This document shows, piece by piece, positions 9,349 through 18,600 of a stretch of DNA of 32,000 bases (position 1 is its first letter; each line of letters opens with the position of its first letter). The notes beneath the pieces are model-generated. The model was not told the origin of the DNA and searched no databases. It was given only the letters and a program-made list of their open reading frames with translations. Location: the NCBI RefSeq assembly GCF_029504745.1, contig NZ_JAQFIQ010000007.1, positions 30,001 to 62,000 on the forward strand, written 5' to 3'. The position numbers and the translations under genes are program-made. The DNA is from Breznakia sp. PF5-3 (GTDB lineage: Bacteria > Bacillota_I > Bacilli_A > Erysipelotrichales > Erysipelotrichaceae).

Positions 9349-11676
9349 ATGAAACGTTATAAACCAGATACTACCTGTGGACTTACAAGCGAACAGGTAA
9401 AGGAAAGAATAAAGCAAGGGCTTGTAAATGTTACAAGCATGAATAAAACAAAATCTTATAAGCAGATTATTTTTGATAATTTGTTTACGCTTTTTAATTT
9501 TGTAAACATAGTGTTAGCACTCATCATATTGCCAACAGGATCTTATCGAAATTTATTGTTTTTAGGAGTTGTTGTTTCCAATTTTGTAATTGGTACTTTT
9601 CAAGAGATTAGAGCTAAACGAACATTAGATCAAATTGCAGTTGTCGTTTGTTTAAAAGCAATGGTAATTCGGGATGGAAAGGTTGATGAAGTAGCAGTTG
9701 AAGATGTAGTATTGGATGATTTAATTCAGTTGAAAACAGGAAATCAAATTGTGAGTGATAGTATTGTAAGAGAAGGAATTCTTGAAGTGGATGAATCTTT
9801 ATTGAGTGGTGAAAGTAAAGTAATTGTCAAACAAGTAGGAGATTTCTTGTATTCGGGGAGTTTTGTGGTCAGTGGCGAGGCGATTGTCCAAGTGGATCGT
9901 GTTGGTGATGATAATTATGCTGCGAAGATTACAAGTGATGCTAAGCAGTTTCAGCGATACCCTTCTGAATTACGTGATTCACTAAATAAAATTATTAAAA
10001 TAATTGGGATTATAATTATTCCTTTGGGATCATTGATGTTTATTCAAAGTCATTTTTTTAATGGAAATAGTTATAGTGATACAGTATTGAATATGGCAGC
10101 TGCTTTAATTGGAATGATTCCTGAAGGATTGGTTATTTTGACGAGTATTGCTTTGACAGTAGGAACGATTAATCTAGCAAGACATAAAACCTTAGTACAA
10201 GAATTATATTGTCTAGAAACTTTAGCTAGAGTAGATACATTATGTTTGGATAAAACAGGAACGATTACGGAAGGAAAGATGGAAGTAAAAGAAGTTGTAG
10301 TTCTTAGTGATGATGATATTGATGAAATCATGGGAAACTATGTTCGCTCGATGAGTGATGACAATGCAACCTTTCTGGCATTGAGAAATCATTTTGAAGA
10401 AATTAATACTTTTGAGTTTATTAGTAAAAAGCCATTCTCGAGTAAACGAAAATACAGTGGTGCAGTTTTTACCTGTGCAACTTATGTTTTAGGGGCTTTT
10501 GAATTTGTTTGCAATCACCCAGAAAAATATCAATCGATTATCGATGATTTTAGTGAACAAGGATATCGAGTCATCGTTTTAGCGAAGTCGAATAAAACGA
10601 TAGAAGAAGCATTACCAGATGATTTAGAAGTGATAGCAGTCATTGCTTTGGCAGATAAAATTCGTGATAATGCGAAAGAAACATTGGCTTATTTTGATGA
10701 ACAAGGAGTTACTATTAAAGTAATTTCTGGAGATAATCCACTGACGGTAAGTAAGGTAGCCAAACGCGCAGGGGTTAAGCAATCGCAAAAGTATTTGAAT
10801 GCATCCCAATTGACGAATGTGGAAATTACCAAGCAAGTTGAAGAATGTGCTGTCTTTGGACGGGTTAGCCCTGAGCAAAAAAAGATGATGGTCAAAGCAT
10901 TAAAAGAACATAAACATATCGTAGGGATGACAGGAGATGGAGTAAACGATGTCTTAGCTTTTAAAGAAGCTAATATAAGTATTGCGATGGCCAGTGGTAG
11001 TGATGTGGCAAAGGCGAGTGCTAACTTAGTACTATTGGATAATAACTTTGATGCATTGCCATATGTTTTAAATGAAGGAAGAAGAGTAATTAATAATGTT
11101 GAAAAGGTAGCTACGCTTTTCTTAACTAAAACCATTTTTTCATTAATCTTAGCGTTTTTGGTGTTAATCGTAAATGTTGATTATCCTTTTATTCCCATTC
11201 AACTAACTATTGTTTCCTCTTTAACGATTGGTTTTCCTGCGTTTGTATTAGCATTAGAACCAAATCATGATCGAGTAAAAGGAGCCTTTTTAGAAAATAT
11301 TATGAAAGTAAGTCTTCCAGCTGCGCTTAGTGTAATCATAGCTATTATTTATGTTATGGTGTTATTCAAATGCAAGCATATTGATATGACGATTTCTAGA
11401 CAGTTAGCCTTTCTAACGATATCCTTAAATGGACTTATTGTCTTGGCAAAAGTAGCTAGACCATTTAGTAAACTTAGATTGGCATTGTTTATTTCTATGA
11501 GTGTACTTTTATTTGTTTGTGTTACGATTTTTCATCGGTTCTTTGAAATTCCTGTATTAAATATTTTTGCTTTATCGTATTACCCAATTGTTGTAATTGC
11601 CATATTATTGGGAGTATCATACGGAGGAAGAAAAATTGTAGAATATCTTATTAATTTAAAAAGAAATAAAAGATAG
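9349..11676 (+). CDS. Cation-translocating P-type ATPase (P2-like, PEGL-type)
   Basis: Phosphorylation motif DKTGTIT, TM4 IPEGL, TGES-like SGES, hinge TGDGVNDV, 775 aa. No N-terminal heavy-metal-binding CxxC domain. Confidence 0.9.
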   Translation: MKRYKPDTTCGLTSEQVKERIKQGLVNVTSMNKTKSYKQIIFDNLFTLFNFVNIVLALIILPTGSYRNLLFLGVVVSNFVIGTFQEIRAKRTLDQIAVVVCLKAMVIRDGKVDEVAVEDVVLDDLIQLKTGNQIVSDSIVREGILEVDESLLSGESKVIVKQVGDFLYSGSFVVSGEAIVQVDRVGDDNYAAKITSDAKQFQRYPSELRDSLNKIIKIIGIIIIPLGSLMFIQSHFFNGNSYSDTVLNMAAALIGMIPEGLVILTSIALTVGTINLARHKTLVQELYCLETLARVDTLCLDKTGTITEGKMEVKEVVVLSDDDIDEIMGNYVRSMSDDNATFLALRNHFEEINTFEFISKKPFSSKRKYSGAVFTCATYVLGAFEFVCNHPEKYQSIIDDFSEQGYRVIVLAKSNKTIEEALPDDLEVIAVIALADKIRDNAKETLAYFDEQGVTIKVISGDNPLTVSKVAKRAGVKQSQKYLNASQLTNVEITKQVEECAVFGRVSPEQKKMMVKALKEHKHIVGMTGDGVNDVLAFKEANISIAMASGSDVAKASANLVLLDNNFDALPYVLNEGRRVINNVEKVATLFLTKTIFSLILAFLVLIVNVDYPFIPIQLTIVSSLTIGFPAFVLALEPNHDRVKGAFLENIMKVSLPAALSVIIAIIYVMVLFKCKHIDMTISRQLAFLTISLNGLIVLAKVARPFSKLRLALFISMSVLLFVCVTIFHRFFEIPVLNIFALSYYPIVVIAILLGVSYGGRKIVEYLINLKRNKR

Positions 11677-11710
11677 GATAGTGTATAATGATAGGGAAGT
11701 AGGTGATTTG

Positions 11711-12205
11711 ATGTATGAAAAATGTATAGCGTTATTAAAAGAACGTGGTGTAGAAATTGAAGATATTGTTGATTGTGTCTTTTATTTACAACGTGGACAT
11801 ATTGATGATACAGATGCTGCATCGATAAGTGAAACAGTAAAGAAAGTAATTGATAAGCGTGAAGTTCAACATGCAATCATTACAGGTATTTGTTTGGATA
11901 AGATGAGTGAACAGCGTATGCTGGTGGATAAAGATTTAGAAGATATTTTAAATCGCGATGAATCACTATATGGAATTGATGAAGTACTAGCATATGGGAT
12001 TTGTAATTTATATGGTTCTATAGCTCTTACTAATTTTGGATATATCGATAAGGCGAAGTATGGAATTATCAAAGAGTTAAATGATCATATGGATAATCAT
12101 AATGCCTGTCATACATTTTTAGATGACATTGTAGGTGCGATTGCAGCTAGTGCTGCTAGTCGTATTGCTCATAATAAAAAGGGACCAGAAGATGAAACAT
12201 TGTAA
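11711..12205 (+). CDS. YutG-like phosphatidylglycerophosphatase A (PgpA) family protein
   Basis: Blocks LLKERGVEIEDI, KREVQHAIITGI, LYGIDEVLAYGICNLYGSIALTNFGYIDK, TFLDDIVGAIAASAASRIAH resemble B. subtilis YutG as I recall it. Start moved to ATG 11711 (MYEKCIALL). Confidence 0.7.
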   Translation: MYEKCIALLKERGVEIEDIVDCVFYLQRGHIDDTDAASISETVKKVIDKREVQHAIITGICLDKMSEQRMLVDKDLEDILNRDESLYGIDEVLAYGICNLYGSIALTNFGYIDKAKYGIIKELNDHMDNHNACHTFLDDIVGAIAASAASRIAHNKKGPEDETL

Positions 12206-12620
12206 ATGGATGCTTGCACTGTTGTCACTTACATTTATCATCACAGGTTGTTTTAATTCAAGGAATAGTGAAAAAAGCATGGAGATTGATGCAGAAACGG
12301 TTATTGAAAAGACAGTTAACCGAGAGACTTTTTTATTATTGATTGTGAATGATGATTGTGATCCTTGCGAGGATTTAATGTCGTTGATTAAAGTTCCACT
12401 GGCAAAAAACCAAATAACTTTATATAGGCTAAATTACGCTGATGTGAGTAATGATATGGCAGATCAGTTACAATTGATGTTAACATCATATTCTTCATGG
12501 CCAGCACTTGTATATGTGAAGGATGGAGAAGTTTATAGTGGTAGTGTTTATGAATATTCACTAGATCCAGAAGGGTGGGAAACATGGTTGATCAATCAGG
12601 GATTAATTCCACAAAATTAA
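12192..12620 (+). CDS. Thioredoxin-fold-like lipoprotein (CxxC)
   Basis: MKHCKWMLALLSLTFIITGC lipobox. The sequence then runs FLLLIVNDDCDPCEDL (CxxC at a helix start) ... SWPALVYVKDGEV (cis-Pro-like WPA plus beta-hairpin). The 5' part of the listed ORF (12135) overlaps the previous gene and was trimmed. Confidence 0.5.
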   Translation: MKHCKWMLALLSLTFIITGCFNSRNSEKSMEIDAETVIEKTVNRETFLLLIVNDDCDPCEDLMSLIKVPLAKNQITLYRLNYADVSNDMADQLQLMLTSYSSWPALVYVKDGEVYSGSVYEYSLDPEGWETWLINQGLIPQN

Positions 12621-13396
12621 TACAAGATAATTTAATTACTAAGGATGATTTAGTTGAGCATTTTAAAATGCTAGGCATTCAAAAAGGAATGCTTGTTTAT
12701 ATTCAATCATCACTTAACTATTTTTCGTATGTCTGTGGAGGGAATCGTACAATTATTGAAGCCCTTCAAGATGTTGTAGGTTATGATGGTGGTATTGTAA
12801 CAAATGCTTTTACTAAGGATAATAAAGATCCATTAAATCGTGATCTTCAGGTTTTTAAACCATATCAGATTGAAGTTATCCGTGATGCTATGCCAGCATT
12901 TAATAAAAAGCTGTGTGCAAGTAAAAATAAACTGGCAGATCAAATGATGCGTCATGATGGTGTTTTCCGCTCAAACCATCCAACCCATTCGTTTGTCGCA
13001 TGGGGTAAATATGCAAAATTGATTTGTGATAAGCAACCCTTGCATTTTCCTTTAACGTCAGAGTCACCACTTGGGAAAGTGTGTGAATTAAATGGCTATA
13101 TCTTACTTTTAGGAGTAAAATATGAGGCTGCTGATATTTTTAAGATGACAAGAGTGAATGATAAACAAACTCCTATTCGCATTGTTTCTAGTCCAATTGA
13201 AAGACGGGGACGCAAGAGTTTTATCAATATGTTGGATTACGATTATGAAAAGAAAGAGATCCAAGAAATTCAAGATATGATGAATGAGAGACAGATTGTG
13301 AAAGAAACCTATATTGGAAGAGCACGTTGTCGATTATTCAGTGCAAAAGAGGCAGCTACTTTGGCAAGTGGGTTCTATCATACTCATAAAAAATAA
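12584..13396 (+). CDS. AAC(3)-family aminoglycoside N-acetyltransferase-like protein (YokD-like)
   Basis: LVYIQSSL, SNHPTHSFVAWG, SPLGK, LLLGV and RCRLFSAKEA blocks are typical of the Antibiotic_NAT/AAC(3) fold. Start placed at ATG 12584 after aagggtggg; GTG 12575 is possible. Confidence 0.75.
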   Translation: MVDQSGINSTKLIQDNLITKDDLVEHFKMLGIQKGMLVYIQSSLNYFSYVCGGNRTIIEALQDVVGYDGGIVTNAFTKDNKDPLNRDLQVFKPYQIEVIRDAMPAFNKKLCASKNKLADQMMRHDGVFRSNHPTHSFVAWGKYAKLICDKQPLHFPLTSESPLGKVCELNGYILLLGVKYEAADIFKMTRVNDKQTPIRIVSSPIERRGRKSFINMLDYDYEKKEIQEIQDMMNERQIVKETYIGRARCRLFSAKEAATLASGFYHTHKK

Positions 13397-13411
13397 GCAA
13401 AAAAATATGCA

Positions 13412-13453
13412 ATGTGTATTGTTCGGCATTATCGAACGATATACATTTTTTTT
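13412..13453 (+). terminator. Rho-independent terminator
   Basis: atgtgtattgttcg (13412-13425) pairs with cgaacgatatacat (13433-13446), including G-U pairs. 7-nt loop, then T7 (13447-13453). Confidence 0.8.
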
Positions 13454-13593
13454 GACAAGTTTGGATTTTAATATTTTAATTATATACAGTAAACGATTTT
13501 TGGATGGTTTTTTCGATATGATAAAAACAAGACAAAAAAAGTGATATTCATAGCAAATGTTACTATTTTAAATCGCATTGATTTAGGATAATC

Positions 13594-13622
13594 TTACAGG
13601 TAAATAAACAAATTGCTATAAT
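13594..13622 (+). promoter_or_regulatory. Sigma-A type promoter for the signal peptidase gene
   Basis: TTACAG (13594-13599)-N17-TATAAT (13617-13622), with TGc immediately upstream of the -10 (extended -10). It lies 18 nt upstream of ATG 13640. A second candidate is TTGACA (13452-13457)-N17-TTTAAT (13475-13480). Confidence 0.55.
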
Positions 13623-13639
13623 CTTCGAGGGGTTAAAGG

Positions 13640-14200
13640 ATGAAGAAACTTAGAATCAGGAGTGAATATGTCATTTTTATTTTGAGAATGTTTGTAATCT
13701 TCAGCGTTCTTGTTTTTGTTGTAACTACTTTTATCTTTCGAACGGTGCGAATCAATGGACAAAGTATGGAACCAACATTACAAAGCGGAGAATATGCATT
13801 TTCAAACAGATTGGCAGCAGATGAAGGGAATATCAATCGATTTGATGTAATTGTAATTGATAACATTGAAGAAGATTATGTGGTGAAAAGAGTAATTGCA
13901 CTCCCCAATGAAACCATATCTTACAAAGATGGAAAGTTATATATTAATGGTGAATGGTATGAAGAACCATTCTTAGATCAAGAATATATTGCTTTGCATA
14001 CAATGAATAATCAAATTACTTTTACGCAAAATTTTGGACCAATCACATTAGGTGAAAATGAATATTTTGTACTTGGTGATAACCGATTGAATTCAAAAGA
14101 CTCTCGGGTCGTTGGTCCAATTCCTGAAAAAGACATTGTTGCAAAAGATGTAATTGTAGTATATCCGCTAAATAGTATACGTGTAGAAAGTTCCAACTAA
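13640..14200 (+). CDS. lepB: Signal peptidase I
   Basis: N-terminal TM, catalytic Ser box GQSMEPTL, Lys box VKRVIALPNE, and box E GDNRLNSKDSR. 186 aa. Confidence 0.92.
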   Translation: MKKLRIRSEYVIFILRMFVIFSVLVFVVTTFIFRTVRINGQSMEPTLQSGEYAFSNRLAADEGNINRFDVIVIDNIEEDYVVKRVIALPNETISYKDGKLYINGEWYEEPFLDQEYIALHTMNNQITFTQNFGPITLGENEYFVLGDNRLNSKDSRVVGPIPEKDIVAKDVIVVYPLNSIRVESSN

Positions 14201-14226
14201 TTTTTTAATTATTGGAACCTTTTTTG
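14190..14226 (+). terminator. Weak terminator-like hairpin after lepB, overlapping the -35 of the next promoter
   Basis: gttccaa (14190-14196) / ttggaac (14212-14218), 15-nt AT loop, then T6 (14220-14225). The stem is short, so this is tentative. Confidence 0.35.
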
Positions 14227-14238
14227 TTTATTTCCGTC
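14214..14238 (+). promoter_or_regulatory. ECF-type promoter P1 (GGAACC-N15-CGTC) upstream of sigma gene 1
   Basis: GGAACC 14214-14219, CGTC 14235-14238. Same motif and spacing as at 20795. ECF sigma promoters classically carry GGAAC at -35 and CGT(C) at -10. It lies 30 nt upstream of ATG 14268, which fits autoregulation. Confidence 0.6.
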
Positions 14239-14267
14239 AATATGTTAAGAAAGGATGAAAATGGAAT

Positions 14268-15593
14268 ATGAGCAGATTGAAAAAAGAAGAGATTCAAAAA
14301 TTTCTAGATGGAGACGATAGTGTTTTTCCTGAGATTTTTGCTGCTTATCGTAATAAGATTAATTATCTTGCGATAGAAATCTTACGAAACCAGGCAGATT
14401 GTGAGGAAGTAGTTCAAAATACGTTTATTAAAATCATTACCAAACGTAAGGATTTACGTGATGCTAGTGCTTTTAATACATGGATTTATCGAATTGCTTA
14501 CAACGACTGTATGGATATATATCGGCAAAATAAAAAGGGTAAAACAGGTATGAATAATGACTACACTCTAGAAAATTATTCTGACAACAAAGGAGAGCCA
14601 AACGATGTGGTGAGTAAAAAGGCAATTTTAGAAGCAATTCAAAGCGAAATTGATGGCCTTCCAGAGGATATGAAACAAGTGTGTTTGTTAAGATTCGTTG
14701 GTGAATGTAGCCTTGAAGAAATCTCTGAAATCATGAGTATTCCAAAAGGCACAGTAAAGAGTAGGCTAAACAGGGCAAAAGTAAAACTTCGAGAAGGGCT
14801 GGTTGATAAGCATGTGACTCCAGCAATCTATATGTCATTGTCATTTACACCTTTGGTATTTAAGTTGTATGCATCGTTAGTAAAACAACAAGAGATGCAA
14901 CCACTTGTAGAAACAAAAGTTGCTAAAGTTATTGAAAACGCAACAGGAGTAACAGCAGGAGTAACGGTCGCAAGCGGAGGAATGATTATAGGATTTGGTA
15001 GTGCAGTAATAGGAACATCTATATTATTAGCATTATTTGGCACTTATACGATTATAAATCCAATTATTGATCAAACGGCTGAAGTTGTAAAAATTGAGGA
15101 AATCAATTATTTGAAAGATCTTACAAATGAAAATTTGCAGATTGTTCTCATGTTCAGTGGAGAACCAGATGCAAAAGATATTAGTATAACATTTGTTGAT
15201 GAAAATACAACGATCGAGGCTGAATCCGTTGACAATGAAAACTACATGTTTGTTGCGAAGGCGAATGGAACATATCATGTAGAGTATGGTGGGGTAGCAC
15301 AGGATATCAAAGTTGATAACATTGACAAGCAAAGCCCTAAATTGAAAAGTTTAGAAAAGGAAGAAGGATTACTTAAGATTATAGGTAGTGATGATTTTTC
15401 TGGCATTGATTTCGATAAATCATACGTTGAAGAGGGTTCCAATAAGTTTGATTTGATCAAAATTGATGATACATCTGCATTTTTCAAAGATGCAGTTAAG
15501 AAAAAGGCAAAGCTGTATTTGTATGATAAGGTAGGAAATTACCAGGTCTATGAGATCAATGCAACAGATACAGTGAGCAATACAGATGGGTAG
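14268..15593 (+). CDS. Membrane-tethered ECF (sigma-70 family) sigma factor fused to a TM helix and an extracellular Ig-like C-terminal domain
   Basis: aa ~20-90 form sigma region 2 (EEVVQNTFIKI..AFNTWIYRIAYNDCMDIYR). aa ~125-180 form region 4 (LPEDMKQVCLLRF..SLEEISEIMSIPKGTVKSRLNRAK). The TM is GGMIIGFGSAVIGTSILLALFGTYTII. About 175 aa of ectodomain follow (NGTYHVEY..VDNIDKQSP; LYLYDKVGNYQVYEI). It is paralogous to 27790-29091. Confidence 0.8.
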   Translation: MSRLKKEEIQKFLDGDDSVFPEIFAAYRNKINYLAIEILRNQADCEEVVQNTFIKIITKRKDLRDASAFNTWIYRIAYNDCMDIYRQNKKGKTGMNNDYTLENYSDNKGEPNDVVSKKAILEAIQSEIDGLPEDMKQVCLLRFVGECSLEEISEIMSIPKGTVKSRLNRAKVKLREGLVDKHVTPAIYMSLSFTPLVFKLYASLVKQQEMQPLVETKVAKVIENATGVTAGVTVASGGMIIGFGSAVIGTSILLALFGTYTIINPIIDQTAEVVKIEEINYLKDLTNENLQIVLMFSGEPDAKDISITFVDENTTIEAESVDNENYMFVAKANGTYHVEYGGVAQDIKVDNIDKQSPKLKSLEKEEGLLKIIGSDDFSGIDFDKSYVEEGSNKFDLIKIDDTSAFFKDAVKKKAKLYLYDKVGNYQVYEINATDTVSNTDG

Positions 15594-15693
15594 TTTCATA
15601 AAATTAGGTCTATGAAACAATACACTGTATATCCATAAAGCAATTTATGGAGAAGTGAAAGATTATAAAATTAGAATGGAGGGAGTGAAAGTT

Positions 15694-18600
15694 TTGAGAC
15701 GTAAATACGTAAAAACATTAAAGATGTTTAAAAGGTGTTTTCTTACAGCACTGGCATTAGGTATTACACTTACGGCAATAAACCTGCCAAAAATGGATAT
15801 CCATGCTCAAACAGAGGATGTTCGCTATGATTTGCAAACGGAATTAAGCGAAGATAAAAAAGAACTTCGTATTGATTTATTAGCTTATGCAAATAGGAAT
15901 GATGTTGAAATAACGGCGATTGGTAACCCTGATGGGACCATCACGGATGGAGCAAAAACGTCATATGTTTCTGTAACAAATGAAACATTGACATTTGTGG
16001 TGAACTACAAAATATTAGAAGAGAAAGATGGAAAAATAAAAGAAATCTCAAAGACAAAAGAAGTTGAATATGAGGTGGATCAATTTGGTAAAGAAGAAGA
16101 GGCACAGCCTCAAGCATTAAGTGATCCATTGGCACCATTTTCATCTTTAAAAGCAAATATGAGTTTTAGAAATGCTTTTAATGTATCTCATACAAAAGAT
16201 GGGTTATACTATCTTTCTGATAATTCTATGGAATTAGGGTATCACTATAATGAATATGTGAAATTTTTGCTTAGCAAAGCACGTTGTACTACATCAAAGT
16301 ATTGGGAAGGCTGGTATGCGAAGTTTGCTGCAGTATCAAAATATAAAGTTGATTTCTCAAAAGATTTTAAAGTTACAAACGTAATATCTTCAAATCCAAC
16401 ATTATATGGAGATGGGTTCACGTTAGGATTTCAAACAGATCCAAACTTTACATATACAACAGGTAAAGGGGGTTCTATAGGAGTTTACCGTAATGGTAGT
16501 GACTATGGGGCTCGCAATGGTGTAGTATTTGAAGTTGATTATCATGATAACTCTCCAGATGGAATGTGGCATGATATAGGATTAGGTGGAAATCACTTAG
16601 CAATTCATACAACGGATGCTTATGGAAATGAATCAACTCCAGTTGCTTCTTGGTTCGGTGTAAAACACACAGGAAGTCTAACTGCATTCAATGTGACTTG
16701 GACAATTACAGATAAAGCTACAAACACTGGGACATTGACATTTACATATGGAACATACAATTTGAAATATACAAATTTCAGACCACATGAAGTATTTGGT
16801 GGGTCAGTAAACAATCCTACAGCAGCATATTTAACATATACTGGAGTAATCTTGAAAGATTATGGTTCAAATAACAAACCATTCCAAATCACAATGACAG
16901 ATTATTCTTATCTTGAAGATGAAGTAACTGCAAGTGATGGATTTATTACCCAAACTCAAGCAAAAGCTTTGGCAAACCAAAATGGATTAATTCTTTATAA
17001 CAATGCATCTGCAGTTTCTACTGCTGGAGATAGTGTTACACCTACGGTTTCAACACCTGCATGGAGCAACATTAAATCTGGTTTAGTAGGTACTTATGAT
17101 GTGACATATGCTTATGGAACAGCATCAAAAACAGTAAAATTAAGCGTAATTAAAGATGGATCAATCATTTCACCAAACAAGGATTTCTCACTTTATGCAG
17201 AAAATGCTTCCTTGTTACAAAGTGAAGCAATTGCATTAAGTTCAATGAATGATTTAGTATCTGTTCATGATGCAAGTGTAACGATGGCAAATGGAACGCT
17301 TCTTGCACCAAATGCAACAACAAGTGCTTGGTCATCAATCAAAGCTGGGGTTGTAGGAAATTACGTGATTACTTTCTATTATGGAACAGGATCAAACTAC
17401 ACAGCAAAAAACGTTACATTATCAGTTGTTGCTGATAAGAAACATGAAATATATGCAAGTGATGGATTTATTACCCAATCACAAGCTAAGGCACTTACGA
17501 GTATGCAAGGATTTATTCCTTACAACCAAGCAAAAGTAATTACTAATGAAGGTGTTACTACGGTGCCAAGTACCGTTGCTACGAACTATTGGAATGAAAT
17601 TAACACAGGAACAATCGGTTCTTATAACGTTACATATTCTTATGGATCAGGAACAGCAAGAGTATCAAAAACAGTAAAATTAAATGTTGTGAAAGATGGA
17701 ACTGTGTTCCCTCCAGATAACAGTTTTGCATTATATGCAGAAGATGGTTTTATTAAACAAAGTCAAGCAAAAGCACTTACATCAACAAGCCAATTAATAC
17801 CTTATAACAATGCGAGCGTAACATTGGCTGATGGAAGTAGTGATGTACCATTCGTTAGTTTAAATACTTGGTCAAATATTGTGAGTGGAACGATTGGTAG
17901 CTACGATATCGTATATATGTATGGTGCTGGTGCTAACCTTAAATATAAAGTTGTGAAATTAAACGTTATTGAAGATGGTGGTATTATTGCACCAGATAAG
18001 AGTTTTGCATTATATGCAGATAATGGAACGATTTCACAAACCCAAGCATCTGCACTTACAGGTACATCACAATTAATCCCTTATAACAATGCGAAAGTAA
18101 TTTTGGCGAACGGAACACGTGCAGAACCAAATGTATCTGCTCCAACGTATAGCGAAATTGTGAGTGGGGTTGTAAAGACTCATAAAGTTACATATAGTTA
18201 TGGAGTGCTTACAAACAAAGTATCTAAAGAAGTAGACTTACAATTAATTGCTGATAAGCGTCATGAAGTTCGCGCAGAAGATGGCTTCATTTATGCAACA
18301 CAAGCGAAAGCATTAACAAATCAAAGTGAATTAATTCCATTTAATAGTGCAAGTGTTATAACAAACACTGGTCAAAGTGCACAACCGGTTGTAACAACAG
18401 GAAGTTGGGCTAACATTGTAGCTGGGGTAACTGGTTCATATGATATTACTTATAGCTATGGAAGTGGAACAACACAAGGATCAAAAACAGTAGTCTTGAA
18501 TGTTGTACCAGATGGAACAATATTCCCACCAGATAAAGCATTTGCAGTATATGCAGAAGATGGTTTAATCAATGTGGAACAAGCGAAGAAGTTAACAGCA

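Noticed and set aside
13314-13544. 76-aa + strand ORF overlapping the 3' end of the AAC(3)-family gene.
   Set aside because: It runs straight through the rho-independent terminator (13412-13453) and a promoter-like region. It has no SD and no recognisable product.
15655-15693. Upstream start codons listed for several ORFs: 15655, 25575, 4808, 5323, 11681, 12135 and 27772.
   Set aside because: In each case an internal ATG or TTG sits at proper distance from a GGAGG-like SD and gives a sensible N-terminus (signal peptide or family-consistent start). The listed start has no SD or overlaps the upstream gene. The exact starts remain unverified.
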